Assembly: GCA_963826535.1 (NCBI GenBank)
Contig: CAWGXL010000010.1
Location: 106,814 to 170,813 of the forward strand
Direction: 5' to 3'
Source: an uncultured bacterium
Lineage (GTDB): Bacteria > Patescibacteriota > Microgenomatia > Levybacterales > UBA12049
DNA: 64,000 nucleotides
Below, in pieces: positions 56,863 through 64,000 of the stretch. The notes beneath the pieces are model-generated. The model ran no database searches. It had not been told where the DNA came from and saw only the letters and a list, made by a program, of their open reading frames with translations. The translations under genes were made by a program, and so were the position numbers. Within the stretch, counting starts at the first letter, position 1, and each line of letters starts with the position of its first letter.

Positions 56863-57975
56863 ATGCGTATAGGAATTTACGACCCATATCTTAATTCGCT
56901 TAGCGGTGGTGAAAAATACATGTTAACAGCCGCAGCCTGTCTTTCGTATAAATATAAAGCCACAATCTTCTGGGATGATCCGAAAGTGCTTGAAATGGCT
57001 CAACGAAAACTTCGCATCGATCTTAGCAAAACAATAGTAAAACCAAATATTTTTTCCTCAAAAGTGTCTGTAGTAAGTCGATTATTAGAAACCGCGAAAT
57101 ATGATCGCCTCATTTTTTTAAGTGATGGAAGCATACCCTTGACCCTGGCAAAAAAAACAATTCTCCATTTTCAATTTCCGGTTGAATGGGTGAAAGTAGA
57201 CGATATAAGAACAAAAATAAAATTATTAAAAATTAGTAGTATCATCTGTAACTCAATATTTACGAAAAAATTTATTGACAAAAAGTTTAATATAAACAGT
57301 AAAGTTCTTTATCCGCCCTGCGTAAATTCTGATGATATTGATAAGTTTTCCATGCAAATTAAGTTTAATGAAAAGAAAAACATTATTTTAACAGTCGGTA
57401 GATATAGCCCTCTGCCTGCCCGTCCGGCAGGCGGGCCTAAAGGAGGAAGTATAAAGAAACAAGAAGAAATGATCAAAGTATTCCAAAAAATGGTTGATAA
57501 CGGATTAAATAATTGGAAACTTTATGTCGCAATAAGTTTCTTAAAAGAAAATGAAAAATATTTAGAGGAAGTCGAAAAAACTATAAAAAATTACCCCATA
57601 AAAATTATAAAAAATAGTAATTTTAGTGAACTGGAAAAACTATATAGCGACGCAAAAATATATTGGCATGCTGCAGGTTTTGGAGAAGACCTGGAGAAAC
57701 ACCCTGAAAGAGCCGAGCATTTCGGTATAACGACAGTCGAGGCAATGGCACATAAAGTAATCCCAGTCGTATATGCCCGTGGCGGTCAGCCGGAAATAGT
57801 TGACAACAACATCAACGGTTTTCTTTGGGAAACAGAACAAGAATTAATGCAAAAAACAAAAAAAATAATTACAGACAACTTACTCATGGAACAGATGGGA
57901 AATTTAGGGTTAAAAAAAGCCAGATTATATACATCTGAAAGATTCTGTGAAGAATTACAAAAAATAATTAAATGA
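56863..57975 (+). CDS. Glycosyltransferase family 4 (GT-B, group 1)
   Basis: EHFGITTVEAMAHKVIPVV (EX7E motif); 370 aa. Confidence 0.8.
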   Translation: MRIGIYDPYLNSLSGGEKYMLTAAACLSYKYKATIFWDDPKVLEMAQRKLRIDLSKTIVKPNIFSSKVSVVSRLLETAKYDRLIFLSDGSIPLTLAKKTILHFQFPVEWVKVDDIRTKIKLLKISSIICNSIFTKKFIDKKFNINSKVLYPPCVNSDDIDKFSMQIKFNEKKNIILTVGRYSPLPARPAGGPKGGSIKKQEEMIKVFQKMVDNGLNNWKLYVAISFLKENEKYLEEVEKTIKNYPIKIIKNSNFSELEKLYSDAKIYWHAAGFGEDLEKHPERAEHFGITTVEAMAHKVIPVVYARGGQPEIVDNNINGFLWETEQELMQKTKKIITDNLLMEQMGNLGLKKARLYTSERFCEELQKIIK

Positions 57976-60368
57976 AATTATCTAAATATTTACCAATTCT
58001 TTTTTTAATAATTACGATTCTTTTATTTTTCTACCCTCTTTCTTTGTATGGTAAACTGCCAATCCCGGCAGATACAATAGTAGGCTTATACCACCCTTTT
58101 AGAGACATTTATGCGAAAGATTATCCACGTGGTATTCCCTTCAAAAATAGTTTGATTACTGACCCTGTCCGTCAGCAATATCCCTGGAGATTCTTTTCCG
58201 TTCATACAGAGGAAAATTTTGCCCTGCCGCTTTGGAACCCATACAGCTTGGCAGGGTCGCCTCTTCTTGCCAACTTTCAATCTGCATCATTTTATCCCCT
58301 AAATATTCTGCTTCTTCTTCCCACTTTTAGCAAATGGTGGAGCTTGCTTATTCTGCTTCAGCCATTATTAGCAGGTATATTTATGTACTTTTACCTAAAA
58401 GAAATAAAACTAAACATTTATTCCTGTTTTCTTGGCGGACTAACATATGCATTTTGCGGATTCTCAATAGCTTGGCTTGAATGGGGAACTATAGGACATG
58501 TAGCATTATGGTTGCCTTTAGTATTGCTATGTATTGATAAAATCTTTTACCAATTTAATAAGTCAGTTAAACCAGCCGGAGTAAGTTTACAACTTGCCCC
58601 GAAACATTTATTGAAAGTGTCACATTTAAAAAACCGTTCTGAGGCAGGTTACAAACCTGCTCTGGCGAAATTAATATCTCAAAATTATATCTGGCCGTTA
58701 GTTTTCATATTTTCATTAACCTCTTCGTTCTTCGCCGGGCACTTACAGACGTTTTTCTATCTATTTATTATTTCTCTTCTATATTTCTTTGCTCGCTGGT
58801 TACAGTTTGGTAGAAAAAATAAACCATTTCTTATATTCTTGCTTCTTAATTCTTGCTTCTTAATTCTTACCTCCATACAATGGCTTCCAACGCTTCAACT
58901 TATTCTCCAAAGCGCCCGCGATGTGGATCAGATACCATTACAAAACGAAGGTTGGTTCTTGCCAACCCAACATCTCATCCAATTTTTCGCGCCTGATTTC
59001 TTTGGAAACCCGACAACGCTCAATTACTGGGGAGTATGGAATTATGGTGAATTTATTGCTTATATCGGTATTTTACCCTTAATAATGGCCTGCTTTGCTT
59101 TATTTTACAGGTATGATAAAAAAACTCTCTTTTTTGGTTCAATTTTTTTTCTCTCTCTCCTTTTTGCCTTGCCATCTTGGTTTGCGAAGCTGCCCTTTGA
59201 GTTAGGAATTCCATTTCTAAATACTGCTCAGCCCACTAGGCTTTTATTCCTAACTGACTTCGCATTATGCATTTTGGCAGTACTTGGACTTGATTATTTT
59301 ATCCGTACTAAACAAAAAAATAAAATAATTTATCCTTTAGTTTTTATTTTTCTCATCTATGTTGCACTTTGGTTTTTTGTATTAAACCCCCAACTTAAAC
59401 CTTCAGAAGTCACTACGCAAAATATAGACGTAGCCAAAAACAATCTTTATATCCCCACGCTAATTTTTTGCCTGAGTCTGGCAACTATTTTACTATCACT
59501 TTTAATAAAAAGAAAAAATTTACAAATTGTTTTTTTGAGTATCTTAATTTGTTTAACTTTACTTGATTTATTTCGATTTGCATACAAATTTACTCCATTT
59601 AGTGACGAAAAATATCTTTATCCGCGGGTTTCTAGTCTCTCTGCGCTTTATAAACATTCGGGTATATCCCGTGTTATGACAACTGATTCTAGAATATTAC
59701 CGCCAAATTTCTCGGTCATGTATCACATACAAAGTATTGATGGTTACGACCCGTTATATCTAAGAAGATACGGAGAATTAATTGTGGCAATGGAAAGAAA
59801 TGCACCTGATATTAATCCCCCATTCGGATTCAATAGAATAATTACACCTCACAACTACGATTCAAGAATTGCGGACTTGCTTGGCGTAAAATACGTGCTC
59901 AGCTTGACCGACCTCTCATCTCCAAAATTAAGAAAAGTATATGAGGAAGGCCAAACCAAAATCTATGAAAATAAAAACTCCTACGAACGTGTCTTTTTTG
60001 TAGACCGGATTTATGACTCGTCAAGTAAGGAGGATTCAATAAATGCAATGTTTGATAAAAATATTGATTTAAAACACACAGCAGTAGTAGAAGATTGGAA
60101 TTACAATAAAAATATTTTCAAAAATCAAGACAATAAAGCAGAGGTTGCCAAGTATAGGAACAATGAAATAATAATAAAAACCAGTAGTAGCGATGAAGGA
60201 TTCTTAGTCCTTACAGACACATTCTATCCGACCTGGCATGCTAAAATATGCGAAACATCTCAAAATAACTGTAAAGAGACAAAAATTTATCGTACAGATT
60301 ACAATTTCCGGGGAATAATAGTCCCAGCTGGTGAAAATAACATTGTATTTTATATAACGATGCTATAA
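57972..60368 (+). CDS. YfhO-like GT-C membrane protein (798 aa), third paralog; C-terminal FYPTWHAKI motif
   Basis: Multi-TM N-domain, C-terminal soluble domain. Contains an 18-bp direct duplication cttgcttcttaattcttg cttcttaattcttacc at ~58840-58875. Confidence 0.55.
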   Translation: MKLSKYLPILFLIITILLFFYPLSLYGKLPIPADTIVGLYHPFRDIYAKDYPRGIPFKNSLITDPVRQQYPWRFFSVHTEENFALPLWNPYSLAGSPLLANFQSASFYPLNILLLLPTFSKWWSLLILLQPLLAGIFMYFYLKEIKLNIYSCFLGGLTYAFCGFSIAWLEWGTIGHVALWLPLVLLCIDKIFYQFNKSVKPAGVSLQLAPKHLLKVSHLKNRSEAGYKPALAKLISQNYIWPLVFIFSLTSSFFAGHLQTFFYLFIISLLYFFARWLQFGRKNKPFLIFLLLNSCFLILTSIQWLPTLQLILQSARDVDQIPLQNEGWFLPTQHLIQFFAPDFFGNPTTLNYWGVWNYGEFIAYIGILPLIMACFALFYRYDKKTLFFGSIFFLSLLFALPSWFAKLPFELGIPFLNTAQPTRLLFLTDFALCILAVLGLDYFIRTKQKNKIIYPLVFIFLIYVALWFFVLNPQLKPSEVTTQNIDVAKNNLYIPTLIFCLSLATILLSLLIKRKNLQIVFLSILICLTLLDLFRFAYKFTPFSDEKYLYPRVSSLSALYKHSGISRVMTTDSRILPPNFSVMYHIQSIDGYDPLYLRRYGELIVAMERNAPDINPPFGFNRIITPHNYDSRIADLLGVKYVLSLTDLSSPKLRKVYEEGQTKIYENKNSYERVFFVDRIYDSSSKEDSINAMFDKNIDLKHTAVVEDWNYNKNIFKNQDNKAEVAKYRNNEIIIKTSSSDEGFLVLTDTFYPTWHAKICETSQNNCKETKIYRTDYNFRGIIVPAGENNIVFYITML

Positions 60369-60381
60369 CGAAATAATTAAT

Positions 60382-61335
60382 ATGAATCTAAGTATAATTA
60401 TCCCAAATTACAACGGTGAAACTTTGTTGAAAAAAAACTTACCGCAAGTTTTCGATGCTGTTAAAAAATATAAACATGGTACAGTAGAAATAATTATCCC
60501 CGATGATCCTTCAGATGATAAATCAAAGGAAATCATTAAAAATTTTATTAATAATATAAAAGAAAAAAATATAGTCGGTAAAACAATTGCAAATATCGAT
60601 AAGGATCAAGCTGGATTTTCCAAAAATGTAAATCGTGGCGTCAGTTTAGCTCGAGGTGACATTCTTATCCTTCTAAATACAGATGTCTGCCCAAAGGAAG
60701 ATTTTCTGAGTACATTGCTGCCTCATTTTACCGATAAAAATGTTTTTGCTGTTGGCTGTATGGACGAAAGCATAGAGGGAGACCAAAAAATCTTGCGCGG
60801 CAGAGGAGTGGGTATTTGGAAAAAAGGTTTTTTACTTCATGCGAAAGGTGAAACCGATAAGAAAAATACGCTTTGGGCGAGCGGTGGCAGTAGCGCATTC
60901 AGTAAAAAAATTTGGGATGAACTGGGTGGTTTGGACGAAATTTACAATCCGTTTTATTGGGAGGATAATGACCTATCTTACCGCGCGTTAAAATCAGGAT
61001 ATAAAATCATTTTTGAAAACAAAAGCATTGTAATTCATGAACACGAAAAAGGTACTATAAAGACTATGATTGACCCTTCTAAAATAAAAAAAATAGCATA
61101 CAGAAATCAGTTTATATTTATTTGGCTAAATATCACCGACAAAGATTTGTTATTTTCTCATATAGTATGGCTGCCCTATCACTTTATAACTGCCCTTATG
61201 AGACATGATTGGTACTTTTATTATGGTTTCTTCGCGGCATTTCAAAAAATAAATGAAGTGCTAAAAAAGAGAAAAATATACACGAAACAATTCATAAGAA
61301 CAGATAAAGAAATCTTATCAGAATTTAAAATATGA
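60382..61335 (+). CDS. Glycosyltransferase family 2
   Basis: LSIIIPNYNGE...DD motif...WEDNDL; 317 aa. Confidence 0.8.
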   Translation: MNLSIIIPNYNGETLLKKNLPQVFDAVKKYKHGTVEIIIPDDPSDDKSKEIIKNFINNIKEKNIVGKTIANIDKDQAGFSKNVNRGVSLARGDILILLNTDVCPKEDFLSTLLPHFTDKNVFAVGCMDESIEGDQKILRGRGVGIWKKGFLLHAKGETDKKNTLWASGGSSAFSKKIWDELGGLDEIYNPFYWEDNDLSYRALKSGYKIIFENKSIVIHEHEKGTIKTMIDPSKIKKIAYRNQFIFIWLNITDKDLLFSHIVWLPYHFITALMRHDWYFYYGFFAAFQKINEVLKKRKIYTKQFIRTDKEILSEFKI

Positions 61336-62048
61336 AATTATCAATTATCATGCCGGTTTTTAACGAAGAGAATACTGTAGGAGAAATACTAAATAGAGTA
61401 AATAAAGCAGAAATACCGAATATTGAAAAAGAAATTATCATCATAAATGATGGATCTACAGACAATTCTCATAATATTATTAAAAAAGAAATAGAGAAAA
61501 TAAAAAATGCTATTTATATAACCCACAAAGAAAACCTAGGAAAAGGAGCAGCAATAAAAACAGGTATCAAATCTGCCACCGGTGATTATATTATCATTCA
61601 AGACGCAGACCTGGAGTATAACCCGCAAACTTATAAATATTTACTAACACCTATAATCCAAAAGAAAACAGAAGTTGTTTATGGCACCAGATTAAAGCGC
61701 CTTCCCAATTTTTCAAGAGATGAAAAAAGCATCCATTTTTTTCTTCATTATATGGGAAATAAAGCGCTTAGTTTTTTAACCAGCATCCTCTATGGCCAAT
61801 GGCTTACCGACATGGAGACTTGCTATAAAATATTTCCAAGAAAGGCTGTTATTGATATGAAATTAAATGCTCGCGGTTTTGAATTTGAACCTGAAATTAC
61901 GGCAAAGCTATTTAAAAAAGGATATAAAATAGTTGAGTTGCCAATATCTACTGTTCCCAGGGGTTACAATGAGGGAAAAAAATTGCATACAATTAGAGAC
62001 GGAGTAAAAGCACTATGGTCACTGGTTAAATATCGATTTGTTGATTAA
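61332..62048 (+). CDS. GT2 polyprenol-phosphate glycosyltransferase (Dpm1-like)
   Basis: LSIIMPVFNEE...IIINDGSTDNS...IIQDADLEYNP; 238 aa. Confidence 0.8.
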   Translation: MKLSIIMPVFNEENTVGEILNRVNKAEIPNIEKEIIIINDGSTDNSHNIIKKEIEKIKNAIYITHKENLGKGAAIKTGIKSATGDYIIIQDADLEYNPQTYKYLLTPIIQKKTEVVYGTRLKRLPNFSRDEKSIHFFLHYMGNKALSFLTSILYGQWLTDMETCYKIFPRKAVIDMKLNARGFEFEPEITAKLFKKGYKIVELPISTVPRGYNEGKKLHTIRDGVKALWSLVKYRFVD

Positions 62049-62057
62049 ATTAAAAGA

Positions 62058-63554
62058 ATGAGTATGAATATTTCTGAAAAATTTCGATTAAATTTTCCGC
62101 TTCTTCTCTCTTTAGTTTTTATTTATATAATTTCTGTTTGGCTAAGATTAGCTTTTCTTGACACAAATTTGTTCTTTGGTCCTGAACAGGGAAGAGATTT
62201 TTTGGTAATTAAGGAATTTGTTTTGCAACATAAATTGACACTGATTGGACCAAAAACGGATATAGGGGGTATATTTCATGGACCGGTATATTACTATTTT
62301 ACATCAATACCATTTGCAATGAGTCAAGGTGACCCTCTTTTTTCGTCAAAGTTTTTAATTTTCTTTAATTGTGTGACAGTATTTTTTATCTATCTTTTAG
62401 GTAAACGTCTTCACAACCGTTCTACAGGTATTATAGCAGCAATTTTATTTGCTTTCTCTTTCAACGCGATTGTTTACGCGCGTTGGCTTTCAAATCCTCC
62501 ATTATCTATACCATTGGTCACAATGGCAATGTTTTTTTTAATAGACTTTCTTAAAGGTAACAAAAAGAGCTTAATTGGTTACTCAATTTGTTTTGGATTG
62601 CTTAGTCAAGTAGAATTTTTAAACATATTATTTTTTTCGGCTATCACACTAGGTGTTATTGTTGTATTTTTTAATCATTTTAGAAAAACATCATCGGCTT
62701 TTTTATTCTTTAATTTTCTTATTGCTTCAGTGCTGTGTGTCGGTTCATATATTTTGTTTGACATAAGACATCAGTTTCTTATTACGAATAATATTTTAAA
62801 CCTTCTCAATGGACAAACAGGATTTCATATCTCTTTATTATCTGCAGTGCAAAAAAGCGGTTTGGAGTTTTTTCATTCATTTACGACAACTATTTTACCC
62901 CTTGGGGGACCTTGGAGTTTTTTGCTTTTGTTTTTTGCGGTTGGGCTGCTTCTAGTTCGCTCCAAAAAGCAGAAAGAGTATGTTCTTGTAATATTGTGGT
63001 TATTTGTTCCGTTGATTCTACTTATTATTCTGCGTCACGATGTTCTGGAGCATTTTTTTGTCTCACTAATTCCTGCTTTTATTCTCATCACCGCACTGGT
63101 GGTTGAATCAGTATTAAGAAAATCTTTACCGATTGGAATAGTTATTGCAATTGTATTGATTGGTGTACAGCTAGTTGCCTGGAAAAATACAATTCCACAA
63201 AATAATAATATTTTTTTTCAGGCAACACAACCGGAACTTCGCTATTCCAATGAATTGGAAACTATAGATCGGATTTACCAAGAATCAGGTAAAAATTCAT
63301 TTGCAATTCAATCATATACGATTCCATATTGGAGTCAACAGGGTTGGGAATATTTATTCTGGAGCTATGGTGAAAGAAAATATGGAAGATCACCTGTTAG
63401 TCAAAAAGATACAAAAAAATTATTTGTTATTATTCAAGATGATTCAAATTCAAAATATCAACAGGAATGGCTTAAGAACACTGTCAGTAAGTGGGGATCA
63501 GTGACTCAAACTTTTCGCTATGGCGTTTTGACTATTCGGGAGTTGCGATTATAG
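62058..63554 (+). CDS. GT-C membrane glycosyltransferase (ArnT/PMT-like; FGPEQGRDF loop)
   Basis: 498 aa, ~12 TM. Confidence 0.55.
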   Translation: MSMNISEKFRLNFPLLLSLVFIYIISVWLRLAFLDTNLFFGPEQGRDFLVIKEFVLQHKLTLIGPKTDIGGIFHGPVYYYFTSIPFAMSQGDPLFSSKFLIFFNCVTVFFIYLLGKRLHNRSTGIIAAILFAFSFNAIVYARWLSNPPLSIPLVTMAMFFLIDFLKGNKKSLIGYSICFGLLSQVEFLNILFFSAITLGVIVVFFNHFRKTSSAFLFFNFLIASVLCVGSYILFDIRHQFLITNNILNLLNGQTGFHISLLSAVQKSGLEFFHSFTTTILPLGGPWSFLLLFFAVGLLLVRSKKQKEYVLVILWLFVPLILLIILRHDVLEHFFVSLIPAFILITALVVESVLRKSLPIGIVIAIVLIGVQLVAWKNTIPQNNNIFFQATQPELRYSNELETIDRIYQESGKNSFAIQSYTIPYWSQQGWEYLFWSYGERKYGRSPVSQKDTKKLFVIIQDDSNSKYQQEWLKNTVSKWGSVTQTFRYGVLTIRELRL

Positions 63555-63573
63555 TTTTTTTTGGATAAAAAAG

Positions 63574-64000
63574 ATGAAAAAGCTTTTTAATACAAAGATG
63601 ATATTAATCTATGTCGTCCTTATAGCGGCATTTTTGCGGTTTTATCAGCTTGGGATAAATCCGCCTTCATTAACCTGGGATGAGACAGCATGGGGATACA
63701 ATGCCTATTCGATAGGGATTGACGGACGTGATGAGTTTGGAAGATTGCTGCCATACGACTATCTTGAATCATTTGGAGATTTTAAGCCTCCAATGTATGC
63801 TTATTTAAGTGTGGTTCCCGTTAAGATTTTTGGTCTTAATGAATTTTCGACCCGCTTTGCTTCAGCATTTTTTGGAACACTCACAGTATTAGTTACGTAT
63901 TTTTTGGTCAAAGCTCTGTTTTCATTAAACCAGAAAAAAAATCAAAATTCAAAAAATTCATTGGAAATTGGGAATTGGAAAATGGAAGCACCAATTATAG
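63574..64000 (+). CDS. GT-C ArnT/PMT_2-like glycosyltransferase, N-terminal part (runs off window)
   Basis: Own translation MKKLFNTKMILIYVVLIAAFLRFYQLGINPPSLTWDETAWGYNAYS (the DExxY-type first-loop motif). Not in the ORF track because it has no stop within the window. Confidence 0.6.
   Translation, partial: MKKLFNTKMILIYVVLIAAFLRFYQLGINPPSLTWDETAWGYNAYSIGIDGRDEFGRLLPYDYLESFGDFKPPMYAYLSVVPVKIFGLNEFSTRFASAFFGTLTVLVTYFLVKALFSLNQKKNQNSKNSLEIGNWKMEAPII

Noticed and set aside
1-64000. CRISPR arrays and rRNA genes
   Set aside because: No regularly spaced direct repeats with unique spacers were seen. The only tandem repeats are the 10-bp promoter-proximal decamers and the 27-bp coding repeat. No rRNA-like conserved stretches.

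Overview
This is a low-GC (~33%) bacterial chromosome segment. Its gene content and style (many small ORFs, a compact cell-division cluster, an unusual abundance of GT-C membrane glycosyltransferases) fit a Patescibacteria/CPR-like organism, but that assignment is inference only. Standard genetic code throughout. Both strands were read by eye; coordinates I derived myself rather than took from the ORF track may be off by 1-2 nt.

Layout from left to right:
- **1-7.3 kb:** tRNA-Arg(TCG), a class I/II aminotransferase, a DMT permease, two paralogous secreted Pro/Thr-linker proteins and a GGCT-like protein.
- **7.3-14.3 kb:** Fic - Lon protease - frameshifted ATP-grasp-like gene - Fic - FtsZ. Both fic genes carry 10-bp-periodic tandem repeats immediately upstream.
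- **14.5-21.2 kb:** a 27-bp-repeat coiled-coil protein, a GT2/membrane glycosyltransferase pair, tRNA-Glu(CTC), a GC-richer SAM-methyltransferase, and two DUF218/YdcF-like genes flanking a 653-aa orphan.
- **21.25-27.14 kb:** a quinone oxidoreductase gene split by a ~4.9 kb insertion. The insertion has perfect 16-bp IS1-like terminal inverted repeats and an 8-bp target-site duplication (caagtttt). It carries an IS1-family transposase, a frameshifted GIY-YIG (T5orf172) nuclease gene, a replication-relaxation-like gene, a HEPN gene with an overlapping unknown partner, and a TIR-like (COG4271-type) protein. This cargo looks like a mobile candidate defense module.
- **27.3-33 kb:** cold-shock protein, HExxH peptidase, NUDIX hydrolase, histidine phosphatase, a secreted beta-helix protein with a Pro/Thr tail, a DUF2419/Qng1-like protein and a voltage-gated-type ion channel.
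- **33.1-38.1 kb:** a compact division/cell-wall cluster, mraY-ftsW-murG-ftsQ-like-ftsA, with ftsZ absent from it.
- **38.2-42.2 kb:** a minus-strand operon encoding a NadE-like PP-loop ATPase, a CN-hydrolase, a LysA-like PLP decarboxylase and an ATP-grasp ligase.
- **42.5-64 kb:** an alpha/beta-hydrolase fusion, a methyltransferase-like protein, an SDR oxidoreductase, then a >17 kb surface-glycosylation locus: six or more GT-C membrane transferases (ArnT/PMT-like and YfhO-like), five GT2, one GT4 and a Wzx-like flippase.

No rRNA or CRISPR array was seen.
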